This document shows positions 40,756-51,389 of a stretch of DNA of 64,000 nucleotides, piece after piece; the first letter of the stretch is position 1; every line of letters starts with the position of its first letter. The translations under genes were made by a program, and so were the position numbers. The notes under the pieces are model-generated. The model was not told where the DNA came from, ran no database searches, and was given only the letters and a program-made list of their open reading frames with translations. Source of the DNA: a virus; IMG/VR virus record IMGVR_UViG_3300027860_000007, positions 10,400 to 74,399 of that record; one strand, written 5' to 3'.

Positions 40756-41062
40756 CTTTATCTATTTTAAAAGAATCTTTTTCAATAGCAGCAGAAACCG
40801 CATCATTAAAAAATTTATTAAGTGTGACGTCTTTTTGTTCAGCAAGCAACCCACAACGGATTACTTCATCATCAGTAAAATCTAGTTCCATATTAACAGT
40901 ACCATCTGGATTGACAGTATCTCCCCTATCATCTTTAGGTAAATTTTCAAGAATTACACTATAAGTCTGCGTTAGTACTTCTAAAAATTCTGAAACTTTT
41001 TTATTATTTTGATGTGCCAAACTAATAATAGTATATAAAATATTATTTTTAATGTCTTCCAT
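40694..41062 (-). CDS. hypothetical protein, possible ribbon-helix-helix-like
   Basis: A..KDVTLNKF pattern; AGGA RBS. Confidence 0.45.
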   Translation of the reverse strand: MEDIKNNILYTIISLAHQNNKKVSEFLEVLTQTYSVILENLPKDDRGDTVNPDGTVNMELDFTDDEVIRCGLLAEQKDVTLNKFFNDAVSAAIEKDSFKIDKDAIHTTGYYQTVGEMEPYND

Positions 41063-41511
41063 AACAGTTTCCTTTAAATTTCTTGTCCATTGCTAACAAA
41101 TTCGATTTCATGAAACTTTCCATAATATCTTTTATTAACATCTTTACGAGTGAGCAACACAATTATTTGTGTGCCATTTAATACAATTTTTAAGAATTTA
41201 TTAGTTTTACTTAAAACTTTAACTATCTGTTCTTTACCAGATTTTACATCTATTATTTTAGTTTTAGTCATAATAAATCCTTTCATTTAACTTATAGTAA
41301 CGCTAATTAAATATATTGTCAAGTTCTTTTCAGCAATTCTGGATATTTTTCTTGTAATTTTTTTCTTGCATTTCTTAAAGTATAGATTGCATCAATCAAT
41401 TTTCTACGCAATCTATCTTCTGAATCATTTGAGGCTACATAAAAATTAGTAATCTCTTGGGTGCTAGATGCTACATATTGTTTTTCTAAATAAGAACTTT
41501 TTGCTATTTTA

Positions 41512-41778
41512 TTAATAGGAAACCCCATAAACATCATTCAAACCTCTAAATAATCTATATTTTTCATTGTTATATGTTAATTCTATACCTTGCATAAGTT
41601 TATAATGTAAGATATTGCCAGCTTTAACCTCTGTTTGTTTTGGTCCAACCTTTAAAACCGTTGCTTTTTTTATTTTAGGTCTGCTCCAAGAGTGGATTAA
41701 AATATTGCCAACCGCTTCATTTTCTATATCTTTAGTTAAAATATAATCATATGTAACTTCTAAATCATTCATTTTCAT
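41512..41778 (-). CDS. Second, divergent GroES-like protein
   Basis: ATVLKVGP....VKAG..L.Y....G.E....EKY. Confidence 0.55.
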   Translation of the reverse strand: MKMNDLEVTYDYILTKDIENEAVGNILIHSWSRPKIKKATVLKVGPKQTEVKAGNILHYKLMQGIELTYNNEKYRLFRGLNDVYGVSY

Positions 41779-42235
41779 CTCGTATTTCTATCATTATTAT
41801 AGAGAAAATTTTAATAAGATCATCATTTTTAATAATATTTTCTAAATTTTCAAACAATTTATCTTCTAATAAACTATTTTTTTCATAATCTGAATTTTTG
41901 GTTGTGATATTTACTACTAATTGCTGACTAGAATATTCTAGATCATTATATAATTGATAAGAAATTTTAGAATCAATAAAAAGTTTATAAATTTCTTTTT
42001 CTATAATAGGCAAATTAGCTTTTAAAATTTTATGTTTATTGATAAATGCTTCTGAAGAAAAAGAAGGAACTATATATTCTGCGAATTCTCCATGAATCAT
42101 AATGAGAGGATATTTGTTTTCTGTATCAAATGAATAAGCAAAATTAGCATATTCCCTATTATGGAAATTTTTTAGCGTCAATCCATTCATTGTGCTTTCG
42201 ACATATTCCCAATATTCTTTATCACTATTCAGCAT
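41765..42235 (-). CDS. hypothetical protein
   Basis: Overlapping operon ORF. Confidence 0.5.
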   Translation of the reverse strand: MLNSDKEYWEYVESTMNGLTLKNFHNREYANFAYSFDTENKYPLIMIHGEFAEYIVPSFSSEAFINKHKILKANLPIIEKEIYKLFIDSKISYQLYNDLEYSSQQLVVNITTKNSDYEKNSLLEDKLFENLENIIKNDDLIKIFSIIMIEIRDENE

Positions 42236-42818
42236 TATCTAAATCTCTTTCCATTTTTTTAAATGTTTCGCTTAGATCAATATTGTTTTGGATACCTTGT
42301 TCGTTAGCCACCGCTGCACATACCATAGTGAACCAAGAATCAATAATCATATAATCATTGACACCTGTATATCCTTGAGATTTTAAGTCTTCTACAAACT
42401 TATCGTTCCAGTCCAGTTCTAATTCACCAAGTTTGCTGTTATCAGCAGGATCTACAGAAATCTTTATTACGGATACCCAAGGTTCATCTTTAGCAGTTGC
42501 TAATTGTTTATCATATTCTAATTTAGTAATCTTATGATGTTTATATTGAATTTCTAGCAAATTCAACTTTAATTCTTTTTCGCTAGACTTTAATATTTCT
42601 GCTACTTTACAATCGTGTTCATATTGGGAAATAGTTTTATTAGCTAAGTCATGTTCAATTTTTACTAAACTAACTTGTGTAGAGTTTTCGCCATGCTCTA
42701 TTTCAGTAAGTTTTAATTTTAATTCAAGACCAGATAATTCATATTCAGCTTTCGCTTTTTCATATGACTTACCTACTAATCCCCAAGATGCAGGAAGAAA
42801 TCTAAATGGTATTTTCAT
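42225..42818 (-). CDS. hypothetical phage protein
   Basis: EPWV...ELDWN..FV..L...GY.G...IID.WF. Confidence 0.6.
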   Translation of the reverse strand: MKIPFRFLPASWGLVGKSYEKAKAEYELSGLELKLKLTEIEHGENSTQVSLVKIEHDLANKTISQYEHDCKVAEILKSSEKELKLNLLEIQYKHHKITKLEYDKQLATAKDEPWVSVIKISVDPADNSKLGELELDWNDKFVEDLKSQGYTGVNDYMIIDSWFTMVCAAVANEQGIQNNIDLSETFKKMERDLDNAE

Positions 42819-42938
42819 AGTTCATCTTTGTAATTATTGATTAGACTTATTGTAAATCATTTGTAAAACAATTTCAAATTAAAAATGCAAATTTTAGAAT
42901 AATAAATAATTAAGTAATATTAATTTTTGGTAATGATA

Positions 42939-43661
42939 ATGAAATTTAAATTTTTGGCTATTTTAATCTTAATGTTTTCTTTTAATGCAACCGCTGACAA
43001 TCTTATCCATGTTAATTCTGAAAAAGAAGCAAAAAAAGAAATTCCAAAATTTAATAGCCTTAAAAACTTAGATGAACTTACCGTAGATAGAAATACAAAT
43101 ACTTTTTACTTACATGAAATCACATTAGCAGGTTTTTCTGCCTTTGAAGCAGAAAGTAATTTTATGGCATTAAAAGGCATAAAAGAGATTACTATTGTTT
43201 TGCATAGTCCTGGTGGGGATGTTGATGTTGCAATGTTTATTAGAGAACAAATACGAGTTCTAAAAGAAAACGGAGTTACGGTTAATACTTTAGTAAAAAG
43301 TCATGATATTTGTGCAAGTGCATGTCCTTTGGTATTTTTAGCAGGAGAGACACATATAGCTTCTAGTGATTCTGTTTTTATGTTTCATAGTCCATATTAT
43401 GAATCTGAATCAAGTAATTCTATTATAATATCTACCGTACTTGAAAGACAATTAAGACGTTCTCGAGAAACTTATATTAACCTAGTAGTTAAACCAAATT
43501 GCCCTAAAGACCCAAATTTTGCATTAGATATATTAGATCACGAAGAACATTTTTACACTGCTGACGAATTAGTGAAAAAATGTGGTAATAACTTTTTTAC
43601 AAGCGTTACTCCAATAGAATTTACAGAATTGCCTGATTTGTTGCATTGGGTGCTTCACTGA
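42939..43661 (+). CDS. ClpP-like (crotonase-fold) protease with signal peptide
   Basis: HSPGG, CASA (catalytic Ser), FMFH (catalytic His); N-terminal MKFKFLAILILMFSFNATA. Confidence 0.75.
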   Translation: MKFKFLAILILMFSFNATADNLIHVNSEKEAKKEIPKFNSLKNLDELTVDRNTNTFYLHEITLAGFSAFEAESNFMALKGIKEITIVLHSPGGDVDVAMFIREQIRVLKENGVTVNTLVKSHDICASACPLVFLAGETHIASSDSVFMFHSPYYESESSNSIIISTVLERQLRRSRETYINLVVKPNCPKDPNFALDILDHEEHFYTADELVKKCGNNFFTSVTPIEFTELPDLLHWVLH

Positions 43662-43873
43662 GGTAGTTCTATTATAGAAACTCTCTAATAACTGAAAAAA
43701 TTACTATAATCGTTGCTACTACACAGTTTGAAATGGTAATATATGCTAAATATTTTTTTATGCGAACTGTAATTTTATTTAAGAATATATCTACTAACAT
43801 TATAAACATAATTATAACATTGGTGATCATTAAAATTGCAAAAAGGTTAGGATATAGTAGATTTTCCATTATT

Positions 43874-44374
43874 TTACCCAAAATGTTTTATAAAAGTTTC
43901 TTCTAATTTTTTGACATTGCTAATATTTTCAAAATATAAAAAACTAAAAGTCATACAAATGCTTGCATCAGAAATTAATTTATCTTTTGTCGTGACTGCC
44001 AAAGATAACATACTCATGGCATTTTCTATATAAGTTTTACTAGCGTTATCTACATTTTTTAATTTTTCAATTTCCACTTTACCTTCTAAATAAGTTCTTA
44101 ATAGATTAAGTTTAGGCATAAACTTTTCATAGTTATTAGGATTACTTTCTAATATTGTTTCTAAGCAATCCAAAATAAAGTTTAGCTTCTTTATTTTATA
44201 TGAATCATCTAAAAGATGCAAACATTTTATCGCATTGAGAATTCCAGACTTTTCACAAATATAAGATAAATCTAAAGTTTCTTGCTTTGGTTTTAAATAT
44301 TCATTCCAAATTTGATTAGTTATTTTATCATTTTTTATTTTATCTATTGCTATAGTTGTCATAAATTTACCCAA
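43874..44374 (-). CDS. hypothetical protein
   Basis: Intact ORF. Confidence 0.5.
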   Translation of the reverse strand: MGKFMTTIAIDKIKNDKITNQIWNEYLKPKQETLDLSYICEKSGILNAIKCLHLLDDSYKIKKLNFILDCLETILESNPNNYEKFMPKLNLLRTYLEGKVEIEKLKNVDNASKTYIENAMSMLSLAVTTKDKLISDASICMTFSFLYFENISNVKKLEETFIKHFG

Positions 44375-44730
44375 ATTATTTAGTTACCTTGATAATGTAA
44401 AACAATAAGGATAAAACCATTGTACTAATAGTCGCTAGAATAATAGATATGATTATTAGCGATAAAAACATATAGATTTTTTCCTAAAATATAATGATTA
44501 CTATAACACAAACAAAGTTTATTGTCAATTATAGCTTCTATGAAATAAACTAATTAAAAAAATTATTAAAATCATTAGGGAAAAAATAAAAAACGGATAA
44601 ACCATATTAAAAAGTTTTATATATTCTTTATTACCTATTTCTTCGCTATTTTTAGCTAATATAATTGATCCTATCAAAATAATAATACATGAAAAATTAA
44701 CAATAGCACTTAATAAAAATAGCACAAAAA

Positions 44731-45705
44731 TCATAAAGATTCCATAAAAAATTGATTTTTAATTTCTTTAGCTATAGCACTAACCATAGTAATGCAAACT
44801 GAGTTGCCTACTTGATGATATGCTTTACTTTTAGTTTTATTGATTATAAAATTATCTCCAAACCCCATAATTCTATAACATTCTCTTAAGGTTAGTTTTC
44901 TTAATTTATTTTTATTAGGCAAATATATAAAGAATCTACCAGAAATTTCTTGAGAAGTCAATGTTGGATGTAATCCCATAGTTGAATATATTCTATTAGT
45001 TTGTCTATGAACACTTGAATTTTTAAGTTTTTCAAGCGTTATATCTTTTTTCCAGCTATTTTTATTTCTATAACCAGCAAATAGTAATCCTGATTTCTGC
45101 ATTACTAAATTTTCAATTAAACTATATTCACTTTCTTGCAAATATTCAAAATCTCCATTAACATCTAAGAAATCATTTAAAATTACCTTTTTGGAATAGG
45201 TTAGCTTTGAAAATTCAAAAGATTTTTCTTTTGATGCAATACGTTCTCTGTTCTGAGGTAAGCCAAAATCAGAACCATTTAAAATTTTATGTTCAACATA
45301 ATAGCCTAAACTTTTTAATGTTTCAACAATAACTTTTAAAGTGTTTCCTTTATCGTGATAAATTATATTTTTTACGTTCTCTAAAAATATTACTTTTGGG
45401 TTAGTATCTTTTATTATTCTACATATTTCAAAAAATAAAGTGCCTCTTGTGTCATTAAATCCTGCTTGTTTACCACAAATGCTAAAAGGTTGGCAAGGAA
45501 AGCCAGCACATAAAATATCATATGTAGGAATAGTTTTAGAATCTATGTTAGTAATATCTCCTAGAGGAATCTCATTAAAATTGTCAAAATATGTCTTTTG
45601 GCATGATTTATCTATTTCAGAAGACATAACGCAGTCAAAGCCTTGGTTTTCAAATCCAGTTCTTATTCCACCAATTCCAGCAAATAAATCAATAAACTTA
45701 ATCAT
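44731..45705 (-). CDS. DNA (cytosine-5) methyltransferase, orphan
   Basis: DLFAGIGG, GFPCQ, ENV, QNRER, GNSV. Confidence 0.93.
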   Translation of the reverse strand: MIKFIDLFAGIGGIRTGFENQGFDCVMSSEIDKSCQKTYFDNFNEIPLGDITNIDSKTIPTYDILCAGFPCQPFSICGKQAGFNDTRGTLFFEICRIIKDTNPKVIFLENVKNIIYHDKGNTLKVIVETLKSLGYYVEHKILNGSDFGLPQNRERIASKEKSFEFSKLTYSKKVILNDFLDVNGDFEYLQESEYSLIENLVMQKSGLLFAGYRNKNSWKKDITLEKLKNSSVHRQTNRIYSTMGLHPTLTSQEISGRFFIYLPNKNKLRKLTLRECYRIMGFGDNFIINKTKSKAYHQVGNSVCITMVSAIAKEIKNQFFMESL

Positions 45706-46540
45706 TTTTTATTATTAAAGCCTCTTCCATGCTATGTCTTAGTTCTTCTGAAGAACCAATATGGTAAAAATGTTCTTGCACTACCATTTTATGATTACTA
45801 AACCATTTAATAAGATGTTCGTTTTCTCTAAATTTATTCTTTTTCCACATAGAATAAGCAAACCCACAATGAATAGTTTGTAATTTATTTGCTAAGTCAT
45901 CAGCATCTGATTCTGACCACACATTAAAATAGTTAGCATTTCTTCCTATATAAGGCGGATCAAGATATAAGAAATCATTAAACTTAGCTTCATGTAAAGT
46001 AGATTTCCAATCTTGCACCTTAAATTGCCACTCTTTGCCTTTCATTTGATTGTTAACCCAAGCAACTTGATTACATATTTTAGTAATATAAGATTGGTCA
46101 AATCTTTTTGGTTTTCTACAAAAAGGAACATTAAAGCCACCTTTAGCATTAAATCGCATTAATCCATTAAAACATGCTCTATTGAGAAATAGAAAGTCAA
46201 AAGGATTATGTTCTTTATTAAATCTTTCTCTTATAAAATAATAATGTTCTTCGCCCTTAAGTAAAAGGATTTCTCCTTCTTTTGTTAAATATTCTCTCAC
46301 TGTCTTTGCATTTACTATATTATTTTGAATAGCGATATAAAAATTTATAATATGCTTATTCGTATCTGCCAAAATAGCTTTTTTTGGATTTAGGTTAAAC
46401 GCTACTACGCCAGAACCTAAAAAAGGTTCTATAAAAGTTCCAGAATCAGATAAAGTGATATTATCAATTATTAGGGGTACTAATTTAGTTTTAATTCCTT
46501 GTGTTTTTATAGGTGGTACTTTTACTTTGTTCATGAACAT
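45698..46540 (-). CDS. DNA adenine methyltransferase (Dam/EcoRV-like), orphan
   Basis: PPIKTQGIKTKL, EPFLGSG, FNGLMR.N..G.FNVP, DPPY. Confidence 0.9.
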   Translation of the reverse strand: MFMNKVKVPPIKTQGIKTKLVPLIIDNITLSDSGTFIEPFLGSGVVAFNLNPKKAILADTNKHIINFYIAIQNNIVNAKTVREYLTKEGEILLLKGEEHYYFIRERFNKEHNPFDFLFLNRACFNGLMRFNAKGGFNVPFCRKPKRFDQSYITKICNQVAWVNNQMKGKEWQFKVQDWKSTLHEAKFNDFLYLDPPYIGRNANYFNVWSESDADDLANKLQTIHCGFAYSMWKKNKFRENEHLIKWFSNHKMVVQEHFYHIGSSEELRHSMEEALIIKND

Positions 46541-46628
46541 TTACTTAAAAGTAAAGAAACAATAAACAATATCCAAATAATTGCTAAAAGCCTAAGGGTA
46601 TACATGCAACCAATTAAAATTTTTTTAA

Positions 46629-47282
46629 TCATTGTTTTATCTCATAATTTAACATTTTTTGCAAATCTGATATGCTTATTTGCTGAATTGTTGCATCATC
46701 TGTGTTTTTCGCATAATAAACTTCTATTTTATTCAAATAAACTATTTTATAGTATCCAATAGGAATTGGAATCTTGCTAGCTCCTATGGTGCTATTACTA
46801 TTATCATATATTGCTCCTGTGACAATTACAATATTTTTATTAGCAGCATTTACTTCTTTTCTCACTTTTTCTTCTAAAAGTTTCCAATTATTCCTATTTA
46901 GTTTAGAACTTTGGGGAGTCATGTTGGATAATAAAAAGGTATCTTCCATTTCTTTAGTGGTCGATGCGTCTTCTGCTGGTACTAAATGTCCTCTATCATA
47001 ATGAGAACTTTTATAATCAGCATTAGTGGGACTATTTCTTAAACGTGGATCACTATGAAAATCATCTGTTCTTGCTACGCTTGTATGATTTGGTTTAGCT
47101 AATTCTGAACTAAAAACTGCTAAATGCTTAGTCTCATCATATCTAGTAACATAAAAACTATTACATAGTTCAATAGTGTTGCTTGGAGCAATAATTTGAT
47201 TGTGTGGATAAAATTCAGTACAAGAAGTAGCTGGATTTTGTGCTAAGAGGATACCAATAGCTACCAAAAATGATTCTCTCAT
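46629..47282 (-). CDS. DNA/RNA non-specific endonuclease (NucA family) with signal-like N-terminus
   Basis: YDRGH, NMTPQ...LNR..W..LE; hydrophobic N-terminus. Confidence 0.88.
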   Translation of the reverse strand: MRESFLVAIGILLAQNPATSCTEFYPHNQIIAPSNTIELCNSFYVTRYDETKHLAVFSSELAKPNHTSVARTDDFHSDPRLRNSPTNADYKSSHYDRGHLVPAEDASTTKEMEDTFLLSNMTPQSSKLNRNNWKLLEEKVRKEVNAANKNIVIVTGAIYDNSNSTIGASKIPIPIGYYKIVYLNKIEVYYAKNTDDATIQQISISDLQKMLNYEIKQ

Positions 47283-47327
47283 GCTTACCTATATAATTAA
47301 AAGTTAATTTTTTATCTTATTGAAATA

Positions 47328-47696
47328 TTAAATTAAATCTGGTGAATTTACAGATATGGAACCATCTTGTTCTAAACCAACAAGTTCATTATATTGTAAT
47401 TGTGACATAAACATATTAATAACTTTAGTCAATTCTAAATCATGACTATTTAATTTTTCATTGAGTTTTCTAGTGTGTTCCAATTCTTTATTAATTTTAA
47501 AATTATCTTCTTCCACTTGCTTTAGCATTAATGATTTAATTTTATATAATTCTTCGTACCAAAGTCTATCAGTAACTATAGAATTATAAGAACTTAATAA
47601 TCTTTCAAGCAATGGATTGTTTGCACGAATTACATTTAATGATTGTAATTCTTCTATTTCTTTATTATTTAAATACAAAACATCTGAATTTACCAT
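47328..47696 (-). CDS. hypothetical protein
   Basis: ORF with AGGA RBS. Confidence 0.5.
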   Translation of the reverse strand: MVNSDVLYLNNKEIEELQSLNVIRANNPLLERLLSSYNSIVTDRLWYEELYKIKSLMLKQVEEDNFKINKELEHTRKLNEKLNSHDLELTKVINMFMSQLQYNELVGLEQDGSISVNSPDLI

Positions 47697-48235
47697 TATA
47701 TTTTTCCTTAAATTTTTAAATTTTTATTTTCTTGAAAGTCTGGAATCATTTAATTGTTTGAATCTTTCTATTAGACATTTATTTGATATAACAATTCCTA
47801 TAACTAATATCCAAGCACTAATCGCAGTTGAAATGGGTGAAGATAACAAAAAGGAAATGACAATAGAAAAAATGCTTACAACACATATTGTAAGTCCAAT
47901 TTTTAAATTCTGTAAAATTTTATCTGTTTTCATTTGCTTAATATCCTTGCAATTTACGGTTTAACCTTTTGGCAAGTTCCGCATTGTAACTACTTCCAAT
48001 GTTCACTAGCAATTCTGGTAACTTTTTTCCTATTATGGATCGAATAGTAACATAAAAGTCTGGAATAGTCAAATCATCATTATTAGAGGTTTTTGAATTT
48101 ATTATGGTTTCATTAATAGGTAAAATTAATTCTTGAGTAAAATATTTAATGTTATCATTCGTGGTTGTGTTAAATTCGTAAAATGTCATAAATTTATTCT
48201 TTTTCTATTTTTAAAGCCTTTGATTTGTTATATTA

Positions 48236-48610
48236 TTACTTAACACCAAAAATGACACCGTTCGCCCATTTTAGCTTGAAATAGGGAGAAATGAAAATAG
48301 CATCACCTACTTTACTAAGTGCAGGTAAATTGGTATTATTATGAATGCTAAGGCTTCCACATATATTAGTAAGTGCATTTGCGGTTAAGTTGGAATTATT
48401 AGAAACATTACAGTCGCCACCTATATTGGTAAGTGAAGGTAGAACAGCATTTGAATAAATAATAAGAGAACCATCTACCCTAACAAGTGCAGGTAAAGTT
48501 ATATCTTTATGAATAATGAGCTTACCTTTAACTTCAGTAATATGGCTATAATCAGTGTCATCACTTCCTAATATTCTTAAATCTCCTTGATATATCATTT
48601 CATTTTCCAA
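48236..48610 (-). CDS. Beta-solenoid/leucine-rich repeat protein
   Basis: Repeats LP(A/S)L..VGG.L.I. Confidence 0.65.
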   Translation of the reverse strand: MENEMIYQGDLRILGSDDTDYSHITEVKGKLIIHKDITLPALVRVDGSLIIYSNAVLPSLTNIGGDCNVSNNSNLTANALTNICGSLSIHNNTNLPALSKVGDAIFISPYFKLKWANGVIFGVK

Positions 48611-48636
48611 ACATTTCTGCTATTATTAATTCATTT

Positions 48637-49029
48637 TTAATTACTTTGGGTTCTTTGTACTCTAACCAATGATGGCAAGCTGATATTGTTGCTAAGAATA
48701 ATATCACCACCCACATTAACAAGTTTATCTGCTTTTAATTTGACGTTTCCATGAATATAAAAATATCCATCCACATTAGTAAGTTCAGGCAAGCTAACAG
48801 TAATAGGAATATCATTATTTTCACCTAAGCTAATAGAAAACCCTCCACTTGTTCTGTTGATAAGAGTAGGTGTTTGGTTATCAATATCAATATTTCCACC
48901 AACTTTTATAAGATTAGGCAAGCTAGCATTATTGCTATAAATTTTTAGGTTTCCTGTAATTTCAGTAATGTGACTAAAAAAATCATTTAATTTGCCTTTT
49001 TTAATTACTAAATTGCCTTGATATATCAT
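48637..49029 (-). CDS. Beta-solenoid/leucine-rich repeat protein, paralogue
   Basis: MIYQG.L, SHITE..G.L, LP.L..V.G repeats. Confidence 0.65.
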   Translation of the reverse strand: MIYQGNLVIKKGKLNDFFSHITEITGNLKIYSNNASLPNLIKVGGNIDIDNQTPTLINRTSGGFSISLGENNDIPITVSLPELTNVDGYFYIHGNVKLKADKLVNVGGDIILSNNISLPSLVRVQRTQSN

Positions 49030-49347
49030 TTCATTTCCTTTTAATAAATGTTACTGAACGGTAATATTATGATTAACAGATCATATATTCTTATCATTTA
49101 TTCCCTATTGGTAACAATATAAGTTACTTTCGCCTCATGCTCCGCAATGAACGCAACGTATCGCCTTTGGCTTGAACCATTTCCTTTACTTGGTCATAAG
49201 ACTCTATTACAATCCTATGAACGCTTTCATGTAACAAAATAGTTCCGCTAGCGTTATCATTAGGTGGAAATGATTTTATATAATCAACATTAAATGAATT
49301 TTTAATCCTTGACTCATCCGTCAGCTCTATAAAATTTGACATTTTAT

Positions 49348-49782
49348 TTAATAATCTCCTTCATATTCTTCCCAATCAGTTGCATTTATAGCATGGATCG
49401 TAAGATTAAACTTTGATTTATCATCACTAAGTAAAATATAATCATTATCTGCTTTGTAAATATAAAGACCTTTACGGAAACCGTATTTACGTCTAGCCTT
49501 CTTGCCTTGCTTTAGCAGCTCAAGAGCATAGCCAAAGCTCTTATTTTTGGTAATTTTTGGCATATTTTTCGTAATACGCAGCAATGCCTCGTTAAATTCT
49601 TGCTCTGCTTGGTATTTCAAAATACGCTCTTGCTGGTTAAGTAGCTTTTCCAGTTTATCAGGGTCAAAAGCAGGGTCAAAAGCTGCACGTTCAATCAATG
49701 CCAGCAATGGATCGCTATTTGCTTTTACGGGTTGCTCTACTGGCAGGCTTGCGACTTCCTGCCCTTCTATTACTTCGCTCAT
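49348..49782 (-). CDS. Chimeric protein: ERF-family-like N-terminus fused to DUF2829 (Tad2-like) domain
   Basis: IERAA.DP..D.DKLEKL...A...FN.A....MP.I.KN then FGYALELLKQGKKARR...ATDW. Confidence 0.55.
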   Translation of the reverse strand: MSEVIEGQEVASLPVEQPVKANSDPLLALIERAAFDPAFDPDKLEKLLNQQERILKYQAEQEFNEALLRITKNMPKITKNKSFGYALELLKQGKKARRKYGFRKGLYIYKADNDYILLSDDKSKFNLTIHAINATDWEEYEGDY

Positions 49783-49965
49783 AATTTACTCTCCTTTTGC
49801 TTTATGTTTTGCAGTTAAATGCTGCACTAAGGCTTTTTTTCCAAAAAACGCTTTACCGCATTTAGCACATAATATTTTTGCATTTTTAATTTCTATACTT
49901 TCAAATCCGTAAGAATTGTCGAAAAATATCTTGTGTAAAATTGCATTCGCTTCTTCGCCCATAAT

Positions 49966-50316
49966 CTATTCTCCCCTCGCACGTTTCAAATATTCATGCA
50001 CCATATCGTCTATGGCTTCGTTTAAGATGCCTATTTCATCCATTCCAGTAAATTCGCCATTAAAAATATCTCCAAACATATTAATTGCGTTTTCACGTTC
50101 TTCTCTTGAAACCCAAAGGAAGAAGTTACCCAGGATGTAATTATCCAAAGGTGTAAGAAAGTAATAAATGCTTTGCTCAAAAACCTTGTTAAGCTCAAAG
50201 CAACATTTTACCACTTCCCGCAACTTGGCTACTTTTGCCTCTGCTGCATCAATTTCGCTTGTGTCTGGGTCTTCAAACTCTATTTCTTCTATTTTTATAT
50301 CATTGGGGTATGGCAT
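49966..50316 (-). CDS. hypothetical protein
   Basis: ORF with AAGGA RBS. Confidence 0.5.
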   Translation of the reverse strand: MPYPNDIKIEEIEFEDPDTSEIDAAEAKVAKLREVVKCCFELNKVFEQSIYYFLTPLDNYILGNFFLWVSREERENAINMFGDIFNGEFTGMDEIGILNEAIDDMVHEYLKRARGE

Positions 50317-50320
50317 GGGG

Positions 50321-50638
50321 TTATTCCTTTTCCAGTTCTGTTATTTTGTCTAAAGCCTGTTGTGCATCATCAGGAAATTCACAAAATTTAACATAAAACT
50401 CTAAAGCCTCTTTTGCCACTTCCAAAGCCTTACGCAGCTTTTTATTTTCTGAAACAAATTGAATATTTGCTTCATGTTGCTGGTTTATGGTTTTTAGGTG
50501 TTGCATATTTTGATTACGCAGCTCAGCAACGATTGGAGGATCGTATATGCAATAATGCGTTAAAGGGTCTTGGCAATTATTTTCAAGGTCTTGAGTTGTT
50601 TCCCATAAAACATCCTTGGCATACCTCACTTCTTTCAC
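50321..50638 (-). CDS. hypothetical coiled-coil protein
   Basis: C-terminus similar to that of 62025-62441. Confidence 0.5.
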   Translation of the reverse strand: MKEVRYAKDVLWETTQDLENNCQDPLTHYCIYDPPIVAELRNQNMQHLKTINQQHEANIQFVSENKKLRKALEVAKEALEFYVKFCEFPDDAQQALDKITELEKE

Positions 50639-50772
50639 TATTTTCGTACCATCATTGTATCTGCAACCGCTGCCATTCTAGCAATCAGAATAAGTGGCGA
50701 TTTCTGTTAAAGTCTCCACCACCGTATCAGGCGGAACAGGACACTTGTCGTCTGTAAATTTTATCCATTCAC

Positions 50773-50965
50773 TCATAATTTCCTCGCTTTCATCATCGCA
50801 TCTGCCATTTCATAACATGTTTCTGCTATTTCGTTAGGTAGGAGTCCTTTTTTCTTCATCAATTTGTTTTATAAAAAATAAACATCCAAGAGCAAATTCA
50901 TCCCTCAGTGTTTTTGGCTTTTCACGATTATCAAAATCCGTGAATTGGTTGTTTTGTTCAGTCAT
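50773..50965 (-). pseudogene. Frameshifted small phage gene (TLRDEFA...Y..ADAMMKAR type)
   Basis: N- and C-terminal motifs in different frames; one extra base around a homopolymer run near 50850. Confidence 0.55.
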
Positions 50966-51389
50966 TTTCTACCTCTTCATATTGCGGTTGAAGGAAAGCT
51001 ATGCCTTTGCGGAAATCAATTTCTCTATCTTTAGGATCCAACAATTCTCCTTTTGTGTCACTGTGCCAAACTAACCAACCCTTTCTATCACCATCAAAAT
51101 AATCCCCCCACCTATTTGTATCACCTCCTATAGGTTCCAGCACTTCAGGGTTGGCAACGAAAAACTTATCGCACCATATTGCACCATAATAAATATTATG
51201 AGCAATCAATGAAAGAATTCCATCAAACTTTAAAATCGGTTCATTCTTCCATAACTCGTGATTTTTTATATCGTAAATAAATTGCAAACCATGATTCTTA
51301 GCCATATACAAAGCACCTGTTAAGTCGTAGTACGGTTTCTTATTGCTCATCATCAGCCCCTTTCTTGCTTTGTTTGCCGTAAAGTTCAT
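50958..51389 (-). CDS. hypothetical protein
   Basis: ORF; start likely at internal MMSN. Confidence 0.5.
   Translation of the reverse strand: MNFTANKARKGLMMSNKKPYYDLTGALYMAKNHGLQFIYDIKNHELWKNEPILKFDGILSLIAHNIYYGAIWCDKFFVANPEVLEPIGGDTNRWGDYFDGDRKGWLVWHSDTKGELLDPKDREIDFRKGIAFLQPQYEEVEND

Noticed and set aside
44731-47282. Complete restriction-modification system
   Set aside because: The adjacent nuclease is a non-specific NucA type with an export-like N-terminus, not a restriction enzyme
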